Source: an uncultured Chloroflexia bacterium (GTDB lineage Bacteria > Chloroflexota > Ktedonobacteria > Ktedonobacterales > JADMIN01). Taken from it: 64,000 nucleotides of DNA. The notes under the pieces were generated by a model. That model made no database searches. It saw only the letters and a list, made by a program, of their open reading frames with translations, and was not told the DNA's origin. Where the stretch lies: contig CAVRAI010000004.1 of NCBI GenBank assembly GCA_963718915.1, positions 704,504 through 768,503 on the forward strand, given 5' to 3'. Every line of letters starts with the position of its first letter. The first letter of the stretch is position 1. This document shows positions 1 through 9,190 of the stretch, piece by piece. Both the position numbers and the translations under genes were made by a program.

Positions 1-2275
1 CCATCTCGCGCAGCACGGCAATGGCATTCTCGAACTGCCGGTTGCTGCGATAGTGCCGCGCCAGCTTGGCATACTCCTGCGTCTGTGCCTGGGGATCACC
101 CTGCCGCGCCGCGATTTGTCCCAGCGCCTGATAGACCTCGTCGTTGACGGCGCGCTGACTCTGCACCGACTGCAAGATCGCATTCCCCTGCTGCATCTGA
201 CCGGAAAGTTGATACGCATGTGAGAGCAGCAACGCCACTTCCATCTCTGGGTTGAGCGACTCTTCGCCCTCCAGACGCGGGCGCGCCATCCAGATGGCGG
301 GATCAGGTGGCATACGCCGTGTCAGCGCGGAAGCTTCCTCAAGCTCGCGCACCGCAGCCGCCGCGCCCTGTACATCGCCCGCCATCATCAGCGCCTGGCC
401 CGCGCCAAAATGCGCCAGCACCTCCATCCCAGAGGCGGTGGCAATCTGCTGGAAGCAGGTCAGCGCCTCATGGTGGTGTCCCGTCACCAGATGCACCTGT
501 CCCAGCGCGTAGCGCAGATCGGGATTCGTCGGGTTGAGGTCTGAGGCCTGAAGATAGTCGCGCGCGATATCGCTGTAACTGGCGAAATGTTCCCCGCGCA
601 ACGCGGCCAGTAGCCGCCCAAGCACCTCCATCGCGGAGACACGGCTGGAATTCATGCCAGGAGAGCTGATCGCGGGCGAGGCGACTGAGCCGGTGGCCAG
701 CGCCATCTGCCAGGTGGCCAGCGCCCGCACATTGGTCGGATCGAGCTGGAGCACCCGCTGAATCTCGCCGACAGCCTGCGGGACGCGCCCTGCCTTCATC
801 AGCGCCTGCCCGTAGCTCAGGCGCAACTGGCCGTTATTCGGCTGCGCCATGAGCGCCTGCTCGTATTCGCCGATGGCGCGGTCGGCGTAGCCCATGCGCA
901 GATAGGCATCGGCGGCGGAAATGCGCTCGACGAGCGCCTCATCGGAGCGCCCCTGGCGCGTGAGCAGCTCGATCAACTTGACCCGATACGTCAGATTGCT
1001 CGGCTCAAGTTGCAGGATGCGTCGGAATGTGGCGATGGCGTCATCGATGCGCCCGTGCGCCAGATACGTCTCGACCAGCACCGAATACTTGGCGACGGCC
1101 TGTTCGGACTTGCCCTGCCGTACATAAATCTCGCCGAGCAGCAGATGTACGTCGAGATACTGCGGCGCAAGCTCCATCACTGTCATACACTCTTCGACGG
1201 CGGCGGTGAGCAGCCCATGAGCTACGTAGTTCTCGATGCTGCGCACCGCCTGCGACACTTGCGAGCGCAATGGCTCCGGCAGGCTCATCAGGCTCGCCCG
1301 CCCGCTCCCTGCCATGCCCAGCGAGTTGATCAACTGCGCCAGATGATCGCCATTGGAGGCAGGCGTGCCACTATAGACGTTGGCATTCCCGCCCATCAGC
1401 GTGCCCATGCCGACGCCCATGCCGCCATTCATCCCGCCATTCATCCCGCCAGCCTGGGACGACGCGAAATCGGCCCCCGACGATCTGGCTGGGCCAGCAG
1501 ACATGCCGTCGGGCATGGGAAAGTCATTGAGCGGGGAATCAGGGATATCGCGCCGCGCGCCCGCCGTGCCACGCTGCGGAATCTTACCGGGCGTGCCGCT
1601 CCCGGCAGTAGGGCGCCGTCGCCGCGGCGGCTGTGGCTGTGGCGTTGTCCCCAGCACCTCGTGCATCATGCGCTCAACTTCCGCGACCTGTTCTCGCCAT
1701 CCCTGGCTTTTCAGGAAGCCAAGCAGCGCCGAGAAGACGGTCGAAGCGCCTTCGAGGTCGTTCATCTCGCGGTGCGCCTCGGCGGCCTCCTGGCAGAGCT
1801 GAAGGAGTTGATCCACCTCTTCCAGCGTCAGCGCGTCGAGGTTCACGCGGTCTACCGCCGCGTCGAAGTAGCGGGCGGCTTCTTCCAGGTTGCCCATCGC
1901 GCGGAAGCACTGACCGAGGGCGTAAAAGCAGGAAAGCGCATAGTCCGGGTCGTCCAGCAGCAGCTCAAACTGCGCGGCGGCTTCGTCCCAACGATCCGAT
2001 TCCTGATAGAGCCATCCGAGAAAGTAATGCACATCGGAGCGATTCACACCCGCGTCCAGCAGATCCTCACAGACGAGAACGGCTTCTTCCAGATTCCCTT
2101 CCTGCTGAAGCTGCTGCGCCTCACGCAGCGCTGCTCCAACCTGTGGGCCACTCACACGCGGACGCCCCCCGGACCGTCGGCCATCGTCCTGTGGCCTGCC
2201 ACGCCCCGAGCGCGAACCCGACATATCGCCCCAATCGCCAGAAGAGCCTCTTCTGCCCATACTCCAACTTCCCAT
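1..2275 (-). CDS. TPR-repeat protein, partial (3' end lies left of position 1)
   Basis: Absent from the ORF track because its stop codon is outside the window. The reverse frame is open from 2275 down to 1. My translation includes EGNLEEAVLVCEDLL, FYALGQCFRAMGNLEEAARYF, LGEIYVRQGKSEQAVAKY, MGYADRAIGEYEQALMAQP and YALGQVHLVTGHHHEAL, which are repeated TPR-type helix pairs, plus a central G/M/N-rich linker. Start is ATG 2275, with alternatives at 2308, 2260 and GTG 2155. Confidence 0.8.
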   Translation of the reverse strand, partial: MGSWSMGRRGSSGDWGDMSGSRSGRGRPQDDGRRSGGRPRVSGPQVGAALREAQQLQQEGNLEEAVLVCEDLLDAGVNRSDVHYFLGWLYQESDRWDEAAAQFELLLDDPDYALSCFYALGQCFRAMGNLEEAARYFDAAVDRVNLDALTLEEVDQLLQLCQEAAEAHREMNDLEGASTVFSALLGFLKSQGWREQVAEVERMMHEVLGTTPQPQPPRRRRPTAGSGTPGKIPQRGTAGARRDIPDSPLNDFPMPDGMSAGPARSSGADFASSQAGGMNGGMNGGMGVGMGTLMGGNANVYSGTPASNGDHLAQLINSLGMAGSGRASLMSLPEPLRSQVSQAVRSIENYVAHGLLTAAVEECMTVMELAPQYLDVHLLLGEIYVRQGKSEQAVAKYSVLVETYLAHGRIDDAIATFRRILQLEPSNLTYRVKLIELLTRQGRSDEALVERISAADAYLRMGYADRAIGEYEQALMAQPNNGQLRLSYGQALMKAGRVPQAVGEIQRVLQLDPTNVRALATWQMALATGSVASPAISSPGMNSSRVSAMEVLGRLLAALRGEHFASYSDIARDYLQASDLNPTNPDLRYALGQVHLVTGHHHEALTCFQQIATASGMEVLAHFGAGQALMMAGDVQGAAAAVRELEEASALTRRMPPDPAIWMARPRLEGEESLNPEMEVALLLSHAYQLSGQMQQGNAILQSVQSQRAVNDEVYQALGQIAARQGDPQAQTQEYAKLARHYRSNRQFENAIAVLREM

Positions 2276-2679
2276 CTGACGGCGCCTTGCCCTGCTAGCA
2301 TCATGCATCGGATGATGTCTGGCAATGGATGGGCAGGAAGCGCGTTGCGCGCGTCTGCGGACTGCACGAAATCAGCTATGTTTTCAGCATACGCCATCAA
2401 GCATTGCAAAGCAGTGATTTCAGGAATAATGGGCGATAGACACAGCGGGAACACCTCATGGGAGCTTCAGCGCCGGAGACCTGGGGTCATGCTGGAAACA
2501 TCTGAAGCATACGTCGCCCGGCGCTCAGTATAACATGGCTCAGCAGTGGCCAATTCATCAAGTCTGCGGACAGACAGGCATAGATAACCGCGTTCGGGAA
2601 AATAAGGCGCGCGAGCGGCCTGACGCCGTATGGTACTATCGTACCGGCGTCATCTGTGGCTCGCCCGCGTGTGGAGGCA

Positions 2680-3180
2680 TTATCCGCGATAGTTGTTGAA
2701 CTGGAGCGGCACGGGATAGTCCTTCGCCTTCAGGGCCGTAATAACCGCCTGGAGGTCGTCGCGGTTCTTACCGACGACACGCACCGCGTCCCCCTGGATC
2801 TGGCCCTTCACCTTTGGGAAGCTATCGCGAATCAGTTTGGTGATCTCTCTGGCAAGGTCTTGCGAGATGCCGCTTTGCAGCTCGATCACCTGCCGAACAC
2901 GGTTGCCACCCGCCTGCTCGATGTTTCCGGGCTTGAGGATCTTGATCGAAAGGCCGCGGCGAACGATCTTCGACTCCAGCACATCGCGCACGTTCTTAAG
3001 GGTGAACTCGCTATCAGTCAGGATGGTAATCGTCTTCTTCTTGGCGTCGTACGTCAACTCGGTGTGCGTATCCTTCAGGTCAAAGCGCGTGGTCATCTCG
3101 CGGCGTGTCTGATCGAGCGCGTTCGCCAGTTCCTGCTCGTCGTATTGCGAGACCACGTCAAAGCTGTTCTCTGCTGCCAT
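2680..3180 (-). CDS. yajQ: YajQ-family (UPF0234) nucleotide-binding protein
   Basis: 166-aa ORF. Begins MAAENSFDVVSQYDEQELANALDQ and ends QFNNYRG, and its size and full length match the YajQ family. Confidence 0.9.
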   Translation of the reverse strand: MAAENSFDVVSQYDEQELANALDQTRREMTTRFDLKDTHTELTYDAKKKTITILTDSEFTLKNVRDVLESKIVRRGLSIKILKPGNIEQAGGNRVRQVIELQSGISQDLAREITKLIRDSFPKVKGQIQGDAVRVVGKNRDDLQAVITALKAKDYPVPLQFNNYRG

Positions 3181-3318
3181 CTCAATCTATCTCCTTCGCT
3201 CGGCCCGCTACGAAAGTCAGGTACGCGACGCAAGCGTCAGAGGCAAGCGTCAGTCGCGTCCGGCACATTCTACCACCCGTAGCGGGAGACGCCGCGACAG
3301 GCACATCGCCGTGACGTA

Positions 3319-3888
3319 TCAGGGGAGCGCGAGCGGCCAGCGGGAGAGCGCGGTATAGCGGGCGGCGGGACGTAGCAGCTCGCTCTTCATCACCGCGATG
3401 GCCTCGGCCCGCCAGGTGGCGTCGGGCGGTGGCTCGTGCTGCACGCGCGCCAGCGCCGCCAGCGCGTCGTCGGTGAGTGGCTTCTTGATGCGCGCCAGCG
3501 TCAGGTGTGGCGAGAACGGACGCTCTTCACGGGGGAAACCACGCGCCGCGAGATCGTCGGCGACGGCAGCCTGCAATGCCAACAGCCGCGCCTTTTCGCC
3601 CGCCAGGCCGACCCAGATGACCCGTGGCGAGCGTGCGGAACCGAACGTGCCCAGGCCCGCCAGCCGCAGTGAGAATGGCGCATAGACGCCCGCGACGGTG
3701 GCCGCCGCCTGGGTTGCCGCCTTTACTTGCGCGTCGTCAAGCTCGCCGAGAAACGCCAGCGTCACATGCAGGCCCGCTGGATCCACCCAGTGTACCTCAG
3801 GAATCATTCGCGCCAGCCGCTCGATCCGCCTCCGCAGCGTGTTCCTGACCGCGTCGGGCAGTTCTAGCGCCAGAAATGTGCGTGTCAT
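3319..3888 (-). CDS. thpR: RNA 2',3'-cyclic phosphodiesterase (2H phosphoesterase, ThpR/LigT family)
   Basis: 189-aa ORF with both H-x-T-x motifs of the 2H superfamily (HVTLAFLG and HLTLARIK). Confidence 0.88.
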   Translation of the reverse strand: MTRTFLALELPDAVRNTLRRRIERLARMIPEVHWVDPAGLHVTLAFLGELDDAQVKAATQAAATVAGVYAPFSLRLAGLGTFGSARSPRVIWVGLAGEKARLLALQAAVADDLAARGFPREERPFSPHLTLARIKKPLTDDALAALARVQHEPPPDATWRAEAIAVMKSELLRPAARYTALSRWPLALP

Positions 3889-3950
3889 GGCTGCACCGTT
3901 TCCTACCTCGCATCCAGGCGCTATGGCGTCGGCATACCTTTACCATCTAC

Positions 3951-5333
3951 CTAGAATGTACGGCGCGGTGTCTTCTGTCCATTTTCATGCAGCGTCGCCA
4001 GGAAGACCTCGATATCGGACTCCGCCAGTAAACGCGAGAGGGCTGCGCCCCAGGCGTAGCGTCCGCGCTGGCGACGGTCGCTCAGCAGCAGGCGGATGCG
4101 GAATATGCCGTCGAAGCGGACGAATAGCCGTATCAGGTGGGGTTTGGCGCTGGCGTCGTAGACTTTGGCGAAGGCTGCGGCATAGGCAGCCGTGGCGTCG
4201 GGGGCTCCGGTGGCATCCGCCGTCTCCGACCTCTCCGATTTCTCCGACTTCTTGCCACGCCGGTGCGTCGCCACCTCACCTGCGGCGTGTTCCTCGGCTT
4301 TTGCCAACCCACGGATACGCTCGTCGCGCACGTTGCGCATCACACAGCGCGCAGTGAAGCCTTTCTCAGGTCCGCCCAGCGTCGGCAGGCCATGCTCGCT
4401 GAATCCGGCCATCGCGCTGATACGCAGGGCGACATCGCGGCGCGAGCGGGCCTCCAGCAACGGAACATAGGCGATGCCCGGCGACTCGGCGCGTTGCCGA
4501 TGCACTTTGCCAAGGGCAGCGGGCGCCCCCTCGGGCAGCGTCAATGAGACACCTTCCGGCAACAAGACTTTCTCAGGGATGCCCTGCGTGCGCTGGTGGA
4601 GGAAGATGTTGGTCTCGGACTGCGCCGCCAGGCTCTGCCACTCCACCGCCATCACCGCCGACTGCTGGCGGGCGACCGCGCGCAACTTATGATAGGCGGC
4701 GTGCGGTCCAAGCAGGCTGCGCGACTCGCGGACGAGCCGACCCGCCATCAGGAACTGCGTCAGGTCGAGGAGGAAAGCGGTCAGTTTGGCGCGCTCGGAG
4801 CTATCGGCGTCGCCATGCTGCGTCAGGAGCATCTGCGCGATCTCTTTGCGGCGCTCGGCGGGCATCCGGTTGATGGCGGCATGCGCTAGCTCGGTCACGT
4901 CGTCGTAGTAGCGCAGGCGCAGCACGCTGATATCGTTCGGCGAGACCATCAGAGGCACGAGGATTTCGATATCTTCCTCGAACTCCTTGACCGTGGTGGA
5001 GATGCGCGGCAGAAGGATGACGATAGCCAGCAGCCCCAGTGAGGCGGCGACGGCGATCAGGGCGATCTGCACAGACGTCGGCGCGGTGTTGGCGATGAGC
5101 GAGGAGCTGAGGTTGATCGCCAGGCTGAGCAACGTCGAGATGACCACTGCGCTTGCGAGCAATTCCAGTGCCCGCCCCTGGGCCGCGCGCGTCTCCTCAC
5201 GCAGTGTCGGTAGCGTATTTCGCCAGTCGTCGCTCATATCACCCTTTGCCCTCTCCCCCGGCTTACGGCCCGCTGCCGCTCCGCGCGCTCGTCGCGCACT
5301 TCTCGCCTTCGGCTCGCGCGTCAGCCCCCGCAA
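3951..5333 (-). CDS. Hypothetical membrane protein (two predicted N-terminal TM segments plus a ~330-aa domain of unknown function)
   Basis: 460-aa ORF. An Arg-rich N-terminus is followed by hydrophobic stretches LELLASAVVISTLLSLAINL and VQIALIAVAASLGLLAIVILL. I recognise no motif in the rest. An alternative start is ATG 5237 (MSDDW). Contains an imperfect 9-bp x3 repeat at 4222-4248 (KSEKSERSE). Confidence 0.65.
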   Translation of the reverse strand: MRGLTREPKARSARRARGAAAGRKPGERAKGDMSDDWRNTLPTLREETRAAQGRALELLASAVVISTLLSLAINLSSSLIANTAPTSVQIALIAVAASLGLLAIVILLPRISTTVKEFEEDIEILVPLMVSPNDISVLRLRYYDDVTELAHAAINRMPAERRKEIAQMLLTQHGDADSSERAKLTAFLLDLTQFLMAGRLVRESRSLLGPHAAYHKLRAVARQQSAVMAVEWQSLAAQSETNIFLHQRTQGIPEKVLLPEGVSLTLPEGAPAALGKVHRQRAESPGIAYVPLLEARSRRDVALRISAMAGFSEHGLPTLGGPEKGFTARCVMRNVRDERIRGLAKAEEHAAGEVATHRRGKKSEKSERSETADATGAPDATAAYAAAFAKVYDASAKPHLIRLFVRFDGIFRIRLLLSDRRQRGRYAWGAALSRLLAESDIEVFLATLHENGQKTPRRTF

Positions 5334-5470
5334 AAGGAGGGTAGCCAGAACGCCGGTTTCCGGCAGCGCCAGTATAGCATAGCTTGCACGCTACAGCAGC
5401 CCTGTTCAGGTTGCTGCGGTGCTATGCTGTGCTCAATGTCGCACGTCTGATAGACGGTGGAGGCAACATC

Positions 5471-6247
5471 ATGGCAGATACGGCTGATATGGCGGGGTCA
5501 TTCGCTGGCAAGGTGGTCGTGGTCACGGGCGGCGGGTCTGGCATGGGGCGGGCGGCGTCGCTCGCCTTCGGGCACGCTGGCGCGCGGGTGATGGTCGCGG
5601 ATATCCACGGCGGGACGGCTGAGGCGACGGCGGGGATGATTCGCGAGACTGGCGGCGAAGCGCAGTCCTTTGCGATGGATGTCTCACGCTCTGAGCAGGT
5701 CGAGGCGATGATCGAGGCGACGATGGCGGTGTGGGGTCGGATGGACTGCGCCTTCAACAACGCGGGCATCAACATCGAGCATGGGCCGCTGGTGGAGTGC
5801 AGCGAGGAGGAGTGGGAACGCGTGCTAGGGGTCAACCTGAAGGGCGTCTGGCTCTGCATGAAGGCGGAGATTCCGCGGATGCTGGCCAGTGGCGGCGGTC
5901 GGATCGTCAACAACGCCTCCATCGTCGGGCTGGCAGGCTCCCGCAACACGCCCGCCTACGTCGCCAGCAAGCATGGCATCGTCGGCCTGACCCGTGCCGC
6001 CGCGCTGGAATACGGGCAGGCGGGCATCCGCGTGAATGCGGTCTGCCCCGGCGCGATCAAGACGCAGATGTATCTCGACCGCGAGGGCGACGATCCCGCG
6101 AACAACGCGCGTATCGCCGACGCCAACCCACTAAACCGGCTCGGAAGCCCGGAGGATGTCGCGGGCGTGGTGCTCTGGCTCTGCTCGGACGCCGCGAGCT
6201 TCGTCACGGGCCACTGTCTGGTCGTGGACGGCGGCGAGACGGTGTAA
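5471..6247 (+). CDS. SDR-family oxidoreductase
   Basis: Has the TGGGSGMG cofactor motif, NNAG, and the catalytic YVASKHG (YxxxK) motif. Start moved to ATG 5471, which is preceded by GGTGGAGG; the ORF-track start is 5384. Confidence 0.88.
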   Translation: MADTADMAGSFAGKVVVVTGGGSGMGRAASLAFGHAGARVMVADIHGGTAEATAGMIRETGGEAQSFAMDVSRSEQVEAMIEATMAVWGRMDCAFNNAGINIEHGPLVECSEEEWERVLGVNLKGVWLCMKAEIPRMLASGGGRIVNNASIVGLAGSRNTPAYVASKHGIVGLTRAAALEYGQAGIRVNAVCPGAIKTQMYLDREGDDPANNARIADANPLNRLGSPEDVAGVVLWLCSDAASFVTGHCLVVDGGETV

Positions 6248-6412
6248 GCCGGTGTGCGGATGATGGCCCTACTATCCTCGCCGCCGCGTGAGAAAAAGTT
6301 CGACCCAGACGTCGGTGGCGCGGGCGCAGGCCAGTGCGGTATGCAGCGCGTAGCGGGTGGCGTCCAGCGCGTGATCGTACTGCTTGAGGGGCAGCTCGGC
6401 GAGGGCATCCCC

Positions 6413-6457
6413 GGACCTCACCCCCGGCCCCTCTCCAAAAGAGGGAGGGGAGCCAGA
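6413..6457. repeat. 45-nt GC-rich hairpin repeat, copy 1 (GGACCTCACCCCCGGCCCCTCTCC-AAAA-GAGGGAGGGGAGCCAGA)
   Basis: Near-identical to 37508-37552; the differences lie in and beside the loop and preserve the stem. Further G/C hairpins follow, for example CCCCTCCCgcgtcGGGGAGGGG. Confidence 0.8.
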
Positions 6458-6597
6458 TCCGGAGGCCACAGCAGTCGCCTCGTCGCCCCTCCCGCGTCGG
6501 GGAGGGGCGGGGCTGCCCCGCCGGGGTCCGCGCTTGCGGCGCCATTCCCTCCCCTGCTACAATGCGGGCAGAGACGTTGGCCCACAATGAGCCGCGC

Positions 6598-6633
6598 GTG
6601 AGAGACATGAGAGACGTGAGAGACGCTAGACAC
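6598..6633. repeat. 9-bp tandem repeat x4 (GTGAGAGAC / ATGAGAGAC / GTGAGAGAC / GCTAGACAC) in the lipA 5' region
   Basis: Read directly from the sequence. It ends 14 nt before the lipA ATG, just upstream of GAGGGA. Confidence 0.85.
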
Positions 6634-6647
6634 GAGGGATATCCAGC

Positions 6648-7523
6648 ATGGCCGTTCTCCCAAATGAGCGCCGCCCCGACTGGCTGCGGGTGCGTCTGCC
6701 CGTCGGCGACAACTATAACGACCTGAAGAACCTGATGCGCAGCAAGTCGCTGCACACCGTCTGCGAGGAGGCGCGCTGCCCCAATATGGGCGAGTGCTGG
6801 GCCAACCGCACCGCCACCTTCATGATCCTCGGCAGCGTCTGCACCCGTAGCTGCGGCTTCTGCGCCGTGGCAACCGGGCGACCGATGGCGCTCGACTGGG
6901 AGGAGCCGCGCCGCGTGGCCGAGGCGGTGACGCAGATGGGCCTCAACCATGTTGTCGTCACCTCAGTCAACCGCGACGAGCTGCACGACGGCGGCGCGAC
7001 CCTCTTCGCCGCCACCATTCGCTGGATACGCCGCATGAACCCAGCGTGCGCCGTCGAGGTGCTGACGCCGGACTTCAAAGGCTCGCGCGAGGCGCTCAAG
7101 GTCGTGATGGACGCAAAGCCCGACGTCTTCAACCACAATGTCGAGACGGTTCCGCGTCTCTATCGCCGGGTGCGCCCGCAGGCGGTCTACGAGCGCTCGC
7201 TGGAGGTGCTGGCCTGGGCAAAAGAGATGCAGCCCGAGAAGCCGACCAAGACAGGTTTTATGCTGGGCCTGGGTGAGACGCACGATGAGATCGTCGCGTT
7301 GCTGCGCGATATCCGCGCCCATAACATCGATATCGTCACCATCGGCCAGTATCTGCGCCCCTCGCCGCAACACCTGCCCATCGAGCGCTACGTCCCGCCG
7401 GATGAGTTCCGCGAATATGCGCGTATCGGTCGTGAGATGGGCTTCCGCAACGTCTATAGCGGGCCACTGGTGCGTAGCTCGTATCACGCCTGGGATCAGG
7501 TCAAGCAGCTCGCCGACGCATAA
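6648..7523 (+). CDS. lipA: Lipoyl synthase
   Basis: 291 aa. Both cysteine clusters are present: [13 protein letters not shown] and the radical-SAM [10 protein letters not shown]. Confidence 0.95.
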   Translation: MAVLPNERRPDWLRVRLPVGDNYNDLKNLMRSKSLHTVCEEARCPNMGECWANRTATFMILGSVCTRSCGFCAVATGRPMALDWEEPRRVAEAVTQMGLNHVVVTSVNRDELHDGGATLFAATIRWIRRMNPACAVEVLTPDFKGSREALKVVMDAKPDVFNHNVETVPRLYRRVRPQAVYERSLEVLAWAKEMQPEKPTKTGFMLGLGETHDEIVALLRDIRAHNIDIVTIGQYLRPSPQHLPIERYVPPDEFREYARIGREMGFRNVYSGPLVRSSYHAWDQVKQLADA

Positions 7524-7574
7524 GCCGAACAGCAAAGCGTGAAGGTCATTCCAAAAGGCGCTGGCGCCTGGGGG

Positions 7575-7655
7575 AGCATGCCGTAGCGTAAACGCTACGG
7601 CGAATGGAGCAGACGATTTGGTCGGTCAGGCGAATTCGCTGGCAGGCTCCGGCTC
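7575..7655 (-). repeat. REP-like structured element, copy A (inverted orientation)
   Basis: The reverse complement reads GGAGCCTGCCAGCGAAT-N29-CCATTCGCCGTAGCGTTTACGCTACGGC. This matches copies at 10345-10416 and 11546-11623. The core palindrome GCCGTAGCGTaaACGCTACGGC is at 7580-7601. Confidence 0.75.
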
Positions 7656-7943
7656 GCTTCCCCGAAGGATAAGAACTCAAGCGGAAATGTTGTAATCCGA
7701 GGGATAAACAACGCCCGGAACGCCCCACCAGGCCATCCGCTCATGGTCTGATGAAAACGTCCGGGCGTCCCAGGAGAGCGTGCATGCGATTGGGAAACCT
7801 CACTGCTCTGCTGTACTCTACCAAAGCGCGGCGCAGACCTCCGCAGAAAGTGACGCGCCCAGCGCAGAAGCAGCGCAGAACCCGCGCACGTTTCGCCACC
7901 TCGCAAATCCACTGACGCCAGAAACTGCCGGAAGGAGCGCCCC

Positions 7944-9146
7944 GTGGCCACCTTTGACCCGCGCTACACAGACGAGCTACCGGAGATCGCCGATCTTGTC
8001 ATCATCGGCGGTGGCATCATCGGCGCGGCGACCGCGTATTTTGCCGCGCGGGCTGGGCTTCTGCCCATCGTGCTCGAAAAGCAGGCCATGCCCGGCACTC
8101 TTACGACGCCTAAGGCTACCGGAGCTTTTCGCGCGCAGTTCGATAATCCCGACGAGATGGCGCTGGTGCGCGAGGGCATCGACCTCTACACCAATTTTGG
8201 CGAACGTACCGGGCTGGATGGCTACGACCTCGGCATTCATCAGCAGGGCTACCTCTGGCTCGCCACGACCCCCGAGACGGCGCGACGCCAACGCGAACTG
8301 GTGGATGAGCAGCGCGCCTGGGGTCTGGATGATGTCGAACTGCTAGATGGCGATGAGGCGCGGCGGCGTTTCCCCTATGTGAGCGAAGATGTGCTGGGCG
8401 CGCGCTATCGTGCGGGCGATGGCTGGCTGGATGTGCGCAGGCTGCTGATGGGCTATGCGCGCGCCAGTCAGGCGCCGCTGGCGCTGGAAACGACGGTCAT
8501 GGGCATCGAGGTCGCGGGCGGGCGCGTGCATGGCGTGCGGACGAGCCGAGGCTACGTCTCTACCGAGCGCGTGGTGATCGCCGCTGGGCCATTCTCAGCG
8601 GAGGTCGGGCGGCTGGCGGGTCTCGACCTGCCGATCACCTGCGTCCGGCGACAGCGGCTGATTCTGCCGGAGACCCCCGAAGTTCCGCGGGATGCGCCGA
8701 TGACTATTGACGAGGAGACTGGCGCGCACTGGCGGCCCTGGCTCTCCGGCGCGCACCTGATGTGGACAACGCCCACCGAGCCAGCCACCCCGCCTATGGA
8801 AGATGTGCCCACCAGCCTCGCCTTCGCCTACGGGCTGCTCAACCCCGCCAGTGAGCACGCCGTCGCGCGCATCAGCCCGTTCTGGCGCGATGTCTGGCTG
8901 CGCAACACTGCACACTGGCTGCTCGTCGCCGGCCAGTATTCCTACACACCCGACCATCGTCCGCTGCTCGGCGCGACTCCAATTGAAGGTCTCTACGTCA
9001 ACTGCGGCTATAGCGGCCACGGCATCATGGGCAGTGCGGGCGGCAGTCGCCTGACGGTGGACGTTATCACTGGAGCCGTCGCCAGCGCCGACAACCCCTT
9101 CCGGCTGGATCGTCCCTTCGCCGAGCGCGCGCTCGATGTGCTGTAG
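7944..9146 (+). CDS. FAD-dependent oxidoreductase (DAO family, sarcosine/glycine-oxidase-like)
   Basis: 400 aa. GTG start lies shortly after GGAAGGAG. N-terminal dinucleotide fold is DLVIIGGGIIGAATAYFAARAG. Confidence 0.85.
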   Translation: MATFDPRYTDELPEIADLVIIGGGIIGAATAYFAARAGLLPIVLEKQAMPGTLTTPKATGAFRAQFDNPDEMALVREGIDLYTNFGERTGLDGYDLGIHQQGYLWLATTPETARRQRELVDEQRAWGLDDVELLDGDEARRRFPYVSEDVLGARYRAGDGWLDVRRLLMGYARASQAPLALETTVMGIEVAGGRVHGVRTSRGYVSTERVVIAAGPFSAEVGRLAGLDLPITCVRRQRLILPETPEVPRDAPMTIDEETGAHWRPWLSGAHLMWTTPTEPATPPMEDVPTSLAFAYGLLNPASEHAVARISPFWRDVWLRNTAHWLLVAGQYSYTPDHRPLLGATPIEGLYVNCGYSGHGIMGSAGGSRLTVDVITGAVASADNPFRLDRPFAERALDVL

Positions 9147-9190
9147 TGCGGGCGGTTGATGTGGTTTGGATCAGCATGCCGGAGCCAGAA

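Noticed and set aside
1010-2533. 507-aa plus-strand ORF, the longest ORF listed at the left end
   Set aside because: Its R/A/P/H-rich sequence has no motifs. It lies antisense to a clean TPR-repeat reading frame that is open across the whole region. It is a typical shadow ORF of GC-rich DNA.
2605-2640. Hairpin GACGCCG..GGTAC/GTACC..CGGCGTC downstream of yajQ, considered as a terminator
   Set aside because: A good stem, but no U-tract on either strand. I kept it only as a note.
6598-6633. CRISPR-like array (also considered for 29716-29751 and 9934-9960)
   Set aside because: The units are 9 bp, directly abutting with no spacers, and there are no cas genes. These are simple tandem repeats.
6204-6950. 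248-aa minus-strand ORF, plus several 65-115-aa ORFs at 6254-6663
   Set aside because: They run through the hairpin-repeat intergenic region and antisense to lipA. The peptide sequences (PLS..GEG, HVSHVSHVSH) are simply translations of the repeats.
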